Positions 19,917 to 30,063 of a DNA stretch of 64,000 nucleotides are shown here, one piece after another (position 1 is the first letter of the stretch; every line of letters begins with the position of its first letter). The DNA is from Candidatus Lustribacter sp. (GTDB lineage Bacteria > Vulcanimicrobiota > Vulcanimicrobiia > Vulcanimicrobiales > Vulcanimicrobiaceae): contig OZ255842.1 in assembly GCA_965277805.1 (NCBI GenBank), positions 4,896,001 through 4,960,000 of the forward strand. The letters run 5' to 3'. The notes under the pieces were generated by a model. That model was not told the origin of the DNA and did no database searches. It saw only the letters and a list, made by a program, of their open reading frames with translations. The position numbers and the translations under genes were made by a program.

Positions 19917-22439
19917 CTGAGTAACACGAACGAACCCCGTAGAAACACGACCATCGCCGTCGAAGACGAGATGCGCACGAGCTACCTCGCCTATGCGATG
20001 TCGGTCATCGCGTCGCGCGCGCTGCCGGATGTGCGCGACGGACTCAAACCCGTACAGCGCCGCATCCTGTATGCGATGCGCGAAATGGGGATGACGCCCG
20101 ACAAGCAGCATCGCAAGAGCGCCGGTGTCATCGGCGAGGTGCTCAAGAGCTATCATCCGCACGGCGACTCGTCGGTGTACGACGCGTTGGTCCGTATGGC
20201 GCAAGACTTTTCGCTGCGCTATCCGTTGATCGACGGTCATGGAAACTTCGGTTCGATCGATCCCAATCCGCCGGCCGCCTACCGGTATACCGAAGCGCGT
20301 CTCGGCCGCCCGTCGATGGATCTGTTGGCCGACATCGACAAAGACACGGTCGATTTCATTCCCAACTTCGACGGCCAAACCGAAGAGCCGGTGGTCTTGC
20401 CGGGCCGCTTGCCGCAATTGCTCGTCAACGGTTCGAGCGGTATTGCGGTCGGTATGGCGACCAACATTCCGCCGCACAATATCAGCGAAATTTGCGACGC
20501 GGTCATCAAACTCGTCGACGAGCCGGATGCCGACGACGACGCGATCATCGACATCGTCAAGGGACCGGATTTTCCGACCGGCGGGGTACTGCTCGGCAAA
20601 GAAGCGATCCGCCAAGCCTATAAGACCGGCCGCGGCTCGGTCGCCGTGCGCGGGCGCGCCGAGATCGTCGAGGAGAAGGGCAAGTACCGCATCGAGATCA
20701 CGGAGCTGCCGTATCAGATCACGATCGAACGCGTCATGCAGTCGATCAAAGAAGCGTATCAAGAGAAGCGCATCACCGGCATCTCCGATCTCAACGATCT
20801 TTCCAACCGCCACGGCATGAAGATCGTGGTCGATCTGCAGCGCACCGCCGTTCCGAACGTGGTGCTCAACCAGCTCTACAAACAGACCCCGTTGCAATCG
20901 TCGTTCGCCTTCAACATGCTCGCGCTCGTCCCGGTGCTCAACCGCGACGGCTCGCTCTCGACCGACGGCAACCCGCTCGAACCGCAAGTGCTCTCGCTGC
21001 GCGAGATGCTCAACCATTTCATCGCGCATCGCAAGGTCGTCGTCACCCGGCGCACCCGTTACGATCTGCGCAAGGCCGAAGAGCGCGCCCATCTGCTCGA
21101 GGGCTTCCGGATCGCGCTCGACCACATCGACGAAGTCATCAAGATCGTGCGCGACAGCGACACGGTCGAGACGGCCCGCCGTAGCCTGAGCGAGCGTTTC
21201 GAACTCTCCGAGATCCAGGCCGCCGCCATCGTAGACATGCGCCTGCGCACGCTCGTCGGCCTCGAGCGCCAGAAGATCGAAGACGAGTATGCCGCGCTGC
21301 TCAAGACGATCGCCGAGCTGCAAGACATTCTCGCCAGCGAACGCCGCCTGCTCGGCGTCGTGCGTACCGAGACCGAGGACCTGAAGAAGCGCCTCGGCGA
21401 CGAACGCAAAACGCCGGTCGAAGCGCTCGAGGGCGAGCTCTCGATCGAAGACATCATCGAAGATACCGAAGTCGTCATCACCGTCACGGTCGGCGGCTAC
21501 ATCAAGCGCGTTTCGGTCGACACGTTCCGCGCGCAGAATCGCGGCGGCCGCGGCGTCATCGGCATCGCGAACCTGAAAAAAGAAGACGTCGTCCAGAACT
21601 TCTTCGTGGCGACGACGCACCAGCACGTCCTGTTCTTCACGAACAAGGGCCGGGCGTTCCGGCTGCGGGCCTACGAGATTCCGGATTCCACGCGGCAATC
21701 GCGCGGTACGGCGCTCGTCAACCTGCTGACGCTCCCGCCGGGCGAGAACGTGACCGCCAACTTCCCGGTGCGCAACTTCGAGACCGACGAATACCTCGTC
21801 ATGGTCACGAAGAAGGGCGTCATCAAAAAGACGAAACTCGATGAGTTCGCCAACGTGCGGCGCAACGGTTTGATCGCGATCGGACTCGACGACGACGACG
21901 AACTGCTCGGCGTGGCGCTCTCCACCGGCGATCGCGACATCATCCTCGCGACGCACGACGGTATGGCGGTGCACTTCAACGAGAAGGGCGTGCGTCCGAT
22001 GGGCCGGCCGGCCCGCGGCGTGCGCGCGATGTCGCTCGCGCCGGGCGACACCGTCGTCGCGATGGACATCGTGGTTGACGATCAGCGCCGCGAAGTGCTG
22101 ATCGTTACCTCGCAGGCCTTCGGCAAGCGCACCGACATCGATCAGTACCGCCACACCTCACGCGGCGGTAAGGGCGTCAAGGCGTTCGCCAAGGAGAAAG
22201 AGATCGGCTACGTGGTCGATCAGATCTTGGTATCGCCCGATGACGAACTGCTCATGATCACCTCGGGCAATCAGGTCATCCGCATCCCCGTCAGCCAGAT
22301 CCGCCGCGCCGGGCGCTCGACCAAGGGCGTTCGTCTCCAGCGGCTGGCCGAAGGCGACGAAGTGATCGCGATTGCGAACCTCGGTCAGCAGTCCAAACGG
22401 GTCAGTGATATCACGGGCGAGACGGTCGAGCCATCGTAA
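19917..22439 (+). CDS. gyrA: DNA gyrase subunit A (probable CTG start 18 codons before the ORF-track ATG at 19971)
   Basis: [28 protein letters not shown], GyrA-box QNRGGRG, C-terminal pinwheel repeats. Confidence 0.97.
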   Translation: MSNTNEPRRNTTIAVEDEMRTSYLAYAMSVIASRALPDVRDGLKPVQRRILYAMREMGMTPDKQHRKSAGVIGEVLKSYHPHGDSSVYDALVRMAQDFSLRYPLIDGHGNFGSIDPNPPAAYRYTEARLGRPSMDLLADIDKDTVDFIPNFDGQTEEPVVLPGRLPQLLVNGSSGIAVGMATNIPPHNISEICDAVIKLVDEPDADDDAIIDIVKGPDFPTGGVLLGKEAIRQAYKTGRGSVAVRGRAEIVEEKGKYRIEITELPYQITIERVMQSIKEAYQEKRITGISDLNDLSNRHGMKIVVDLQRTAVPNVVLNQLYKQTPLQSSFAFNMLALVPVLNRDGSLSTDGNPLEPQVLSLREMLNHFIAHRKVVVTRRTRYDLRKAEERAHLLEGFRIALDHIDEVIKIVRDSDTVETARRSLSERFELSEIQAAAIVDMRLRTLVGLERQKIEDEYAALLKTIAELQDILASERRLLGVVRTETEDLKKRLGDERKTPVEALEGELSIEDIIEDTEVVITVTVGGYIKRVSVDTFRAQNRGGRGVIGIANLKKEDVVQNFFVATTHQHVLFFTNKGRAFRLRAYEIPDSTRQSRGTALVNLLTLPPGENVTANFPVRNFETDEYLVMVTKKGVIKKTKLDEFANVRRNGLIAIGLDDDDELLGVALSTGDRDIILATHDGMAVHFNEKGVRPMGRPARGVRAMSLAPGDTVVAMDIVVDDQRREVLIVTSQAFGKRTDIDQYRHTSRGGKGVKAFAKEKEIGYVVDQILVSPDDELLMITSGNQVIRIPVSQIRRAGRSTKGVRLQRLAEGDEVIAIANLGQQSKRVSDITGETVEPS

Positions 22440-24981
22440 TCCAGCGCCCCAAGGTCCTGGTGAGGGCCTTGGGGTCGACGGGTTTGGTGAGGTGGTCGTT
22501 CATGCCCGCCTCGAGACACAACTGACGTTCCGTTTCCATTGCGTGCGCGGTCATCGCGATGATCGGAAGCTGCGTTGCGTCGACGTGATTGCGGATCAAA
22601 CGGGTCGCTTCGAGGCCGTCCATCTCCGGCATTTGCACGTCCATGAGCACGGCGTCGAAGCGCGAATGGTCCTTGAGCACGGCATCGAGCGCTTCGCGCC
22701 CGTTCGCCGCGAACTCAACCGTAACGCCGAGCCGGGCCAGAAGATGTTCCACAATCTGCTGGTTGATCGCGTTGTCTTCGGCGACCAGGACGCGGCTGCC
22801 CGATAGATCGCTCGTCCCGGTGTCGGCCGGCGGGGCTTCGCGCGAGCCGACGTGCGTGACGAACAGCGACTGAATCGTCTCGAGCAGGAGCGACGGATCG
22901 ACCGGCTTGACGAGAAATCCCTCGATTCCGGCGCGCTTCGCCGCATCGAAGAGATCGGTGCGCCCGAAGGCGCTCACCATGATGACGATTGGGGGTTTTT
23001 CGGCGCCGGCGTCGGCGCGTATCGTCTGTGCGACCTCGACGCCGTTCTGGCCCGGCATCTTCCAATCCATCAGCACGAGGTCGAACGGCGCTTTGGCCGA
23101 CCGCGCTTCGTTGATCGCGGCGAGCGCGGCGGTGCCCGAACGTGCTTCGGTCACGGCGAGCGACCACGAGCGCAACATCGCCGCGAGCGCATCGCGCGCG
23201 ATTGGATCGTCGTCGACTACCAGCACGCGCCGGTCGCGCAGCGATTCGACGGGCCGCGGTGCGGCGCGCCGGTCGGGGCGGTGCAAGACCGCCGTAAAGG
23301 TGAAGGTACTGCCCTCGCCGCGCGTGCTTTCGACCGTGATCGTGCCGCCCATCTTGTGTGTGAGCGCTTTGCTGATCGCGAGGCCGAGACCGGTTCCCCC
23401 GAAGCGGCGCGTGATCGACGTGTCGGCTTGCGAGAACGACTCGAAGAGATGCGATTGCTCCGCGTCCGTCATGCCTATGCCGGTATCGCGGACCGACGTG
23501 ATCAGCTCGACGTCGCGCTGACCCTGACGCTTCACACCGATGTTCACGACGACTTCGCCGTGTTCGGTGAACTTGATCGCGTTGGTCGTGAGGTTCAGCA
23601 GAATTTGGCCGAAGCGCACCGGATCGCCGATCAGTGCCGTCGGGACGTTCGGGTCGACGTTCACCTCGAATTTGAGGTCCTTGTCGGCGGCCCGCATCGA
23701 GGAGACGCTGCCGATGTTATCGAGTACCGAACCGAGATCGAACGTGACGTCTTCCAGCTCGAGTTTGCCGGCTTCGATCTTCGAGAAATCGAGGATATCG
23801 TTGATGATGTTGAGCAGCGATTTTGCCGAGTATTCGATCTTGGTCAGGTAGTCGCGCTGTTTGGCGGTCAGGTCGGTCATCAGCGCGAGGTTGGTGAGCC
23901 CGATGACGCCGTTCATCGGCGTGCGGATCTCATGGCTCATGTTGGCCAAGAACTCGCTCTTGGCGTGGTTCGCGGTTTGCGCTTCCAGCGTTGCCGCGAT
24001 CGCTTCTTCTTTGGCCGCAGCCTCGAGCTCGCGATGTTTGTGCAGTTCTTTGCGAACCGCGAGCTGTTGCAACCAGGCAACGAGCACGATGAGGATGACG
24101 AGCGTCGCACCGATGGCGCGGACGATCGTGGTGAAGCGAAGTCCTTGCGACTGGGCGAGAATATCGGGTTCTGCCAAGCCCGTGCTGACGGCGAGCGGAT
24201 ACCCCGGAACGAGCTGGTAGCTGTAGAGCCGCATGTAACCGTCGATCGCGCTGACGTGCGAGTACGACCCGCGGGGCGCCTTTGCGAGGCTGCTCCACAG
24301 CGGAGAGATTGCGGGAAGCACCGGACGCAGCGGCCCCGAGACGCCTTTGGCGTTCACCCGAACGAGCACGTGGCGGTCGAGCGTGTCGACCAGCTCGACG
24401 TAGCCGCGCGGACCCAGAGCGTTCGCGTCGATCCCGAAGCCGAATCGGGAAATGTCGATCACGGCGCTGACCACCCCGATCAGCTGACCGTTGCGGCCGC
24501 GCACGCTGCGCGCGAACGGGATCACGATGCGCTTGGTGGTGCGCCCGGCGATGGGCGAGCCGATCGAGAGCGCGTTCGTCTTGAGGGCAGCCCGGAAGTA
24601 GGTGCGGTCGCCGAGGGAAATCGGGCGCTGTCCGATCGTACCGATGGCGATCCCGTTCCCGTGCGTATCGGAGATCGCGAGGTTGCCGAGGACGCCGATG
24701 TAGAGGCTGGTGCGCGCGACCATCGACCGGGTCTTGGCGGGCCCGTTGTCGGCGTCGTACTCGGCGACGAAGCGGAGGACGCTGTCGACGAGCTTGACCG
24801 TCGATGCGACGTCATTCGCGTACGACGTCGAGACTTCGGTCACGTTCGCGAGCGCTTGGGCCCGCGCGCGGTCGCTGAGCGCGGAGAGCTCGTTGTGAGC
24901 GACGATCCACGCCACCATGATTAAAGCGGCGGCGGCAAGAATCGGCCCCCACTGGTCGGCAGTCGAGAGCGGTCTACGCAA
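22411..24981 (-). CDS. Hybrid sensor histidine kinase (dCache-HisKA-HATPase-REC-REC)
   Basis: Two TMs around a Cache region (DRTYF), [22 protein letters not shown], two receivers (MDWKMP, MDVQMP). Confidence 0.92.
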   Translation of the reverse strand: MRRPLSTADQWGPILAAAALIMVAWIVAHNELSALSDRARAQALANVTEVSTSYANDVASTVKLVDSVLRFVAEYDADNGPAKTRSMVARTSLYIGVLGNLAISDTHGNGIAIGTIGQRPISLGDRTYFRAALKTNALSIGSPIAGRTTKRIVIPFARSVRGRNGQLIGVVSAVIDISRFGFGIDANALGPRGYVELVDTLDRHVLVRVNAKGVSGPLRPVLPAISPLWSSLAKAPRGSYSHVSAIDGYMRLYSYQLVPGYPLAVSTGLAEPDILAQSQGLRFTTIVRAIGATLVILIVLVAWLQQLAVRKELHKHRELEAAAKEEAIAATLEAQTANHAKSEFLANMSHEIRTPMNGVIGLTNLALMTDLTAKQRDYLTKIEYSAKSLLNIINDILDFSKIEAGKLELEDVTFDLGSVLDNIGSVSSMRAADKDLKFEVNVDPNVPTALIGDPVRFGQILLNLTTNAIKFTEHGEVVVNIGVKRQGQRDVELITSVRDTGIGMTDAEQSHLFESFSQADTSITRRFGGTGLGLAISKALTHKMGGTITVESTRGEGSTFTFTAVLHRPDRRAAPRPVESLRDRRVLVVDDDPIARDALAAMLRSWSLAVTEARSGTAALAAINEARSAKAPFDLVLMDWKMPGQNGVEVAQTIRADAGAEKPPIVIMVSAFGRTDLFDAAKRAGIEGFLVKPVDPSLLLETIQSLFVTHVGSREAPPADTGTSDLSGSRVLVAEDNAINQQIVEHLLARLGVTVEFAANGREALDAVLKDHSRFDAVLMDVQMPEMDGLEATRLIRNHVDATQLPIIAMTAHAMETERQLCLEAGMNDHLTKPVDPKALTRTLGRWITMARPSRP

Positions 24982-25071
24982 CTAGCGAGCCTCCACTTGG
25001 AGCGCGTTCTCGGTGCGGTGGGCGACCCCCCTCGAAACCGCACCCTCCCGGGAAGGGTCTAAGGGGATACT

Positions 25072-25404
25072 ATGAGCGCAATTCCCGAGGTTTCCCAAAG
25101 CACGTTCCAGGCCGACGTCCTGGCTTCCGAACAGCCGGTTCTCGTCGATTTTTGGGCACCGTGGTGCGGGCCGTGCAAAATGCTGGCCCCCGTCATCGAG
25201 GAAGTCGCCGGATCACTTGCCGGTAAGGCAAGCTTCGTGAAGCTCAACACCGATGAAAACCCGAACATCGCCGCGCAGTACGGCATCTCGGGCATCCCGA
25301 CGCTGATCCTCTTCAAGGGCGGCGAGGTCGTCGATCGCATCGTCGGCTTCGTTCCGAAGTCCGCGATCACGTCGATGATTTCCAAGCATCTCGTCACCGC
25401 CTAA
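25072..25404 (+). CDS. trxA: Thioredoxin
   Basis: DFWAPWCGPCK, IPTLILFKGG. Confidence 0.97.
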   Translation: MSAIPEVSQSTFQADVLASEQPVLVDFWAPWCGPCKMLAPVIEEVAGSLAGKASFVKLNTDENPNIAAQYGISGIPTLILFKGGEVVDRIVGFVPKSAITSMISKHLVTA

Positions 25405-26755
25405 CGGCGGCCGGCCGCCGGCCGTTCACCGGGTTCTCGACGAACCGCGCATCGCGCGGTTCGTTCCCGTTCTTGGCGCCGCTGCGGTCAAAGCACACGT
25501 CGTCGCCGCGATCGACGAGCAGCGCGCGGCCTTACGGGCCGGCGACGGTGACGTCTCGGGCGACACGGTCGTCGACGCAGCGGCGCAACGCCTCATGCGC
25601 GAGGCGGCCCTCGGCCTGACCGGCGTGCTCAACGGCACCGGCGTGCTGTTGCACACCAATCTGGGGCGGGCGCCGCTCGCGGCCGAAGCGCTGGACGCGG
25701 TCGCCGATGCGGCGGCGGGCTACTCGAACCTCGAGTTCGACTTGGAGAGCGGCGAGCGCGGTTCGCGCTACGACCGGCTCGGCGGCTTGCTGACCGCCGC
25801 GACCGGCGCCGCAGCGTCGCTCGTGGTGAACAACTGCGCGGCCGCGATGCTGCTGATCCTCGATACGTTCGCGCGCGGTCGCGAAGCGATCGTGGCACGC
25901 AACGCGCTGATCGAAATCGGCGGCGGTTTCCGCTTACCGGACGTCCTCGCGCGCAGCGGCGCGACGCTCGTGGAAGTGGGCGCGACGAACAAGGTGTACG
26001 TGGCGGATTTCGCACGCGCGCTTTCGCCTAACACCGGGTTGATTTTACGCGCCCATCCGTCGAACTACCGCATCAGCGGCTTCGTCGCCGACGTTGTACC
26101 GGCGGAGCTGGCCGCGCTCGGACGGAGCGTCGGCGTGCCGGTGATCGAGGATCTCGGCACCGGCGCATTGTTCGACTTGCGCCCCTATGGATTGCCGTAC
26201 GAACGCACGGTGCGTGACGCGGTATCGGATGGGATGGAACTCACCGCGTTTTCCGGCGACAAGCTGCTCGGCGGTCCGCAGGCCGGCATCATCGTGGGCA
26301 CCACCGCCGCAATTGCGCGCTTGCGCGCGAACCCGCTGTTGCGCGCGTTGCGGGTCGACAAGGCGACGCTTGCCGCGCTCGCCGCGACCCTGCGCCTGCA
26401 CGCTGATGCGGCGACGCGCGAACGCATCCCGCTCTTCCGCATGCTGGCCGCGCCGCTCGAAACGTTGCGCGAGCGCGGCCGCGTGCTGCAGCGGCAATTT
26501 CCCGCGCTCGCGGTGATCGACACCAAAGCATTTGCGGGCGGCGGCACGGTCCCGCTCGCGCCGATCGCATCGGCGGGCGTCGCGTTCGAACCGGCGATCG
26601 GCGCAACGGCGGCACTGGCCCGTTTGCGCGCGGCGGCGCCGCCGCTCGTGGCGCGCATCGAGGCGGCGCGCGTGGTGATCGACCTGCGCACGATCGAGCC
26701 GGCCGACGATGCGCGGGTGGCCGCGGCGCTCGCCGCGTTGTTCGCCACGAACTGA
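25388..26755 (+). CDS. selA: L-seryl-tRNA(Sec) selenium transferase (start uncertain; first ATG at 25595 omits the N-terminal domain)
   Basis: NGTGVLLHTNLGRA, YSNLEFDL, EIGGGFRLPD, HPSNY, FSGDKLLGGPQAG. Confidence 0.95.
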   Translation: MSSPPNGGRPPAVHRVLDEPRIARFVPVLGAAAVKAHVVAAIDEQRAALRAGDGDVSGDTVVDAAAQRLMREAALGLTGVLNGTGVLLHTNLGRAPLAAEALDAVADAAAGYSNLEFDLESGERGSRYDRLGGLLTAATGAAASLVVNNCAAAMLLILDTFARGREAIVARNALIEIGGGFRLPDVLARSGATLVEVGATNKVYVADFARALSPNTGLILRAHPSNYRISGFVADVVPAELAALGRSVGVPVIEDLGTGALFDLRPYGLPYERTVRDAVSDGMELTAFSGDKLLGGPQAGIIVGTTAAIARLRANPLLRALRVDKATLAALAATLRLHADAATRERIPLFRMLAAPLETLRERGRVLQRQFPALAVIDTKAFAGGGTVPLAPIASAGVAFEPAIGATAALARLRAAAPPLVARIEAARVVIDLRTIEPADDARVAAALAALFATN

Positions 26756-28605
26756 TGCGGGTCGTCGGCACCGCCGGCCACGTCGATCACGGCAAATCGG
26801 CGCTGGTACGCGCGCTCACCGGAACCGAACCCGATCGTTGGGAAGAAGAGCGCCGTCGCGGAATGACGCTCGATCTCGGCTTCGCGCATCTGCGTTTCGA
26901 CGACGGCATCGAAGCGGGCATCGTCGACGTCCCGGGGCACGAACGGTTCGTCCACAACATGCTCGCCGGCGCGACCGGCATGGACGTGCTGCTGCTGATC
27001 GTTGCCGCAAACGAGGGTCCGCGGCCGCAAACGTTCGAGCATCTCGCGATCCTCTCGCTGCTCGCGGTGCCGTCGGCGATCGTGGTATTGACGAAAGCCG
27101 ACCTTGTCGACGAAAACGAACTGGCTGCCGTGCGCGACGACGTGCAGATTGCCGTTGCGGGTACCGTTGCCGAAGGCGCGCCGGTGGTAGCGGTCTCCGC
27201 ACTAACGGGCGACGGCCTCGATGAATTGCGCGAGTGCATTCATGCCTCGCTGACCGGCTTGCCGCCGCGCGCCCGGCATGCACCGGCGTATCTACCGGTC
27301 GACCGCGCGTTCACGCTGACCGGACACGGCACGATCGTTACCGGCACGCTGATGCAAGGCTCGATTGCCGTCGAGCAAACGCTGACCGTGCATCCCGGCA
27401 ACCTCGAAGCGCGCGTGCGCAGCGTGGAAGTGTTCGGCGAACCGCGCGAGCGCATCGACGCCGGCGCGCGCGTCGCGGTCAACCTCTCCGGCGTGCCGCT
27501 CGATGCGATCGCGCGCGGCAGCGCGCTCACCGCGCCCGAGATCCGCTCGCAGAGCAGCTATGTGGTGCGCTTTCAGCCGCTGCCTGAAGCGCTGGAACTG
27601 TTGCGCCGGCGGATGCCGGTACGCGTGCACCTCGGCGCCGGCGAATCGTTCGGCACGCTCGTGTTCGCAGCGCGTCGGAACGATGCGCAACCGGTGGATG
27701 CGACCCTGCACTTGCGGGAAGCGGTCGCGGCCGTGCCGGGACAGCATTTCGTCGTGCGGCGCATGTCGCCGAAGACCGTGCTGGGCGGTGGCACGATCGG
27801 CACTCCGGCCGCGGGCGACGCCGAGCCCGCGCTGAGCACCGACGTCGTCGCCGTACGCACCGCGGTGGCGGGCTTCGGCGTTGCCGCAAGCGGAGCCGAC
27901 GCGATCGCGGCGGCGGCAAACGTGACGCTCGAACGGGCGGGAGAAATTCTCGCCGACGAAGCCGCCGCCGACCGTGTGTGGGAGCTGAAACGCCCCGCCG
28001 GTTACATCGCGACGGCCGCAGCCGAAGTGCTGGTCGAGCGCGTGCTCGCATCGCTCGTGCGGCGCGAGTCCGAAGCGCCGTGGATGCTCGGCGCAACGTC
28101 GCTTGCGCTCGCGCGCGAACTGGAGATCGCGGAGCCGCTGCTCGTGCGCGTCCTCGCCGCCGCGGCCGAACGGCAGCGCCTCGCCGTTCGCAGCGGCTAT
28201 TACGCGAACGTGGGCTTTGAGCCGCAGCTCACGCCGGAACAGGCAACGTTCTTCAAGGAGCACGTCCCGGTCGACGCGGCACAGCCGTTGGTTCCGGTGC
28301 CGTTCGAACCGCTGGTGCTGGAATTGCGCCGCTCGCGCATCGCCGGCTTATCGGGCGCGCTCGACACGTTATCCGCGACCGGCCGTCTCGTGCGCGTCGG
28401 CGAACACATCTACCGCGGCGAACAACTTGCCGAGATTCGCACCCGTCTCGTGCGGCTGCTGCGCGCCCAAGGACGCATCACCGCGGCCCAATTCCGCGAC
28501 GCGGTCGGCACGTCGCGCAAGTACATCGTCCCGCTGCTCGAGTTCTTCGATGCAACGGGCGTAACCGTGCGCGACGGCGACCAACGCGCCCTGCGCGAGT
28601 CTTAA
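26755..28605 (+). CDS. selB: Selenocysteine-specific elongation factor
   Basis: GTAGHVDHGKS, DVPGHERF, TKAD, C-terminal winged helix TSRKYIVPLLE.FD. Confidence 0.96.
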   Translation: MRVVGTAGHVDHGKSALVRALTGTEPDRWEEERRRGMTLDLGFAHLRFDDGIEAGIVDVPGHERFVHNMLAGATGMDVLLLIVAANEGPRPQTFEHLAILSLLAVPSAIVVLTKADLVDENELAAVRDDVQIAVAGTVAEGAPVVAVSALTGDGLDELRECIHASLTGLPPRARHAPAYLPVDRAFTLTGHGTIVTGTLMQGSIAVEQTLTVHPGNLEARVRSVEVFGEPRERIDAGARVAVNLSGVPLDAIARGSALTAPEIRSQSSYVVRFQPLPEALELLRRRMPVRVHLGAGESFGTLVFAARRNDAQPVDATLHLREAVAAVPGQHFVVRRMSPKTVLGGGTIGTPAAGDAEPALSTDVVAVRTAVAGFGVAASGADAIAAAANVTLERAGEILADEAAADRVWELKRPAGYIATAAAEVLVERVLASLVRRESEAPWMLGATSLALARELEIAEPLLVRVLAAAAERQRLAVRSGYYANVGFEPQLTPEQATFFKEHVPVDAAQPLVPVPFEPLVLELRRSRIAGLSGALDTLSATGRLVRVGEHIYRGEQLAEIRTRLVRLLRAQGRITAAQFRDAVGTSRKYIVPLLEFFDATGVTVRDGDQRALRES

Positions 28606-29036
28606 GCGAAGAGCTGCTTGCGCAGTTCGTCGAGATCTTCGACCATGTTGAGACGGACCGCATCGCCGACGGTGTGATCGGCGATGCCGCTCGAGGTGCG
28701 CATCTTGCCGCCGAGTTCGGCTGAGTGGTTGTAGCCGCGGATCGCGTCGTTGTGCTTTTTCACCGCATCGGGCGTGACGTTGCCATTTTCTTTCACCCAC
28801 GCTTCGAACTGCGCGTACGACGGATGCTTTTCGTTGACGAACGCGATCGTCTTCGCGCGATCGAGGCCGAACGCGCCGAGCGTCATGGCATCGAAGCCGT
28901 CACCGCAGAGGTCGTAGCCGGGAAACAAACGTCCCGCAGCTCCAAGCGTCAGCTTCGTCCACAGACGCGGCAGATGAAGGATGCCCAACGGACCGGATGC
29001 ATCCGAAGTAATGAGCGGAACGATAGGGTCGGCCAT
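28602..29036 (-). CDS. DUF5069-like conserved protein
   Basis: GPLGILHLPRLWTK, GFD.M pattern; GAGGAG RBS. Confidence 0.65.
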   Translation of the reverse strand: MADPIVPLITSDASGPLGILHLPRLWTKLTLGAAGRLFPGYDLCGDGFDAMTLGAFGLDRAKTIAFVNEKHPSYAQFEAWVKENGNVTPDAVKKHNDAIRGYNHSAELGGKMRTSSGIADHTVGDAVRLNMVEDLDELRKQLFA

Positions 29037-29128
29037 GAGATTCTCCTCGACGTGATTGCAAAAGCGCTCCCCATCGTTCGAGGAAGCCGCTCCATGTCAT
29101 CCCTCGACAAGCTCCGGAGACATACACG

Positions 29129-29165
29129 AAAAAGAGAGCGCCGGCATGCTGCCCGGCGCTCTTCA
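29129..29165 (-). terminator. Intrinsic terminator after the oxidoreductase operon
   Basis: GAGCGCCGG..CCGGCGCTC stem followed by a T tract on the minus strand. Confidence 0.75.
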
Positions 29166-29194
29166 TTGAAATGGCCTTCCTTAACGAAACGCGG

Positions 29195-30061
29195 CTAGCG
29201 GTATGCGTCCTGGATGCCGTGGAAACGGGTGGTGTCGTACACGTCGGCGCCGGTGAGCGGCGGCGTGTCGCCGAGGACCAGATCGTCGAACGCCGCGCGC
29301 TGCGTCTGGTAGATGATCCCGAGCGGGATCTTGCCGTCGGCGGTGAGCGCTTCGAATGCGTGCTGCTTGTTCGTGTTGTCGTAGCCTTCGATCTGCGTCA
29401 CGTCGAACACGTTCTCTTTGAACCATGCGAACGTGTTGTGCTTGTTGTAGGTCACGCAGGGCGACATCACTTCGACCACCGAGAAGCCCGGGTGTTCGAT
29501 CGCGGCTTTGATCAGTTCGATCAGCTTCTTCGGTTGCGCCGAGAAACCGCGCGCGATGAACGTGCCGCCGGCCGCCAGCGCCACGGCCATGCCGTTGAGC
29601 GGTGCGTCGGGATTGCCGCCCGGGCTCGTTCCGGTGACGTAACCGAGATCGCTGGTGGGTGAGGACTGGCCTTTGGTCAGCCCGTACGTTTGGTTGTCCA
29701 TCACGATGTAGGTGATGTTCGGATTGCGCCGCACGGCATGCAAGAAATGGCCGGCGCCGATTGCGAAGCCGTCGCCGTCACCGCCCGCGGCGATCACGGT
29801 CAGGCCGTTGTTCGCCACCTTCACCGCGGTCGCGACCGGCAGCGCACGGCCGTGCACGCCGTGGAACGCATACGAGTGCAGGTAGCCCGAGATTTTTCCC
29901 GAGCAGCCGATGCCGGAGACGAACGCGACGTCTTTCGGATTCAACGCAAGTTCCGCGCACGCCGACTTCAGCGACGCAAGGACGCCGAAGTCGCCGCAAC
30001 CCGGGCACCACCACGAGGGCGTGGCGGTTGCGAAGTCTTTGGGGGTCATCACTAAGGCCAT
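29195..30061 (-). CDS. korB: 2-oxoacid:ferredoxin oxidoreductase beta subunit
   Basis: WCPGCGDF, SGIGCS, HGRALP, GGDGD, YGLTKGQ.SPT, SPCVT. Confidence 0.92.
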   Translation of the reverse strand: MALVMTPKDFATATPSWWCPGCGDFGVLASLKSACAELALNPKDVAFVSGIGCSGKISGYLHSYAFHGVHGRALPVATAVKVANNGLTVIAAGGDGDGFAIGAGHFLHAVRRNPNITYIVMDNQTYGLTKGQSSPTSDLGYVTGTSPGGNPDAPLNGMAVALAAGGTFIARGFSAQPKKLIELIKAAIEHPGFSVVEVMSPCVTYNKHNTFAWFKENVFDVTQIEGYDNTNKQHAFEALTADGKIPLGIIYQTQRAAFDDLVLGDTPPLTGADVYDTTRFHGIQDAYR

Positions 30062-30063
30062 GG

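Noticed and set aside
22411..22439. 29-nt convergent overlap of gyrA and the kinase
   Set aside because: Short 3' overlaps are common in compact genomes; no evidence of function
19917..22439. Possible parC, and the absence of adjacent gyrB
   Set aside because: The GyrA-box QNRGGRG supports gyrA; split gyrA/gyrB is common
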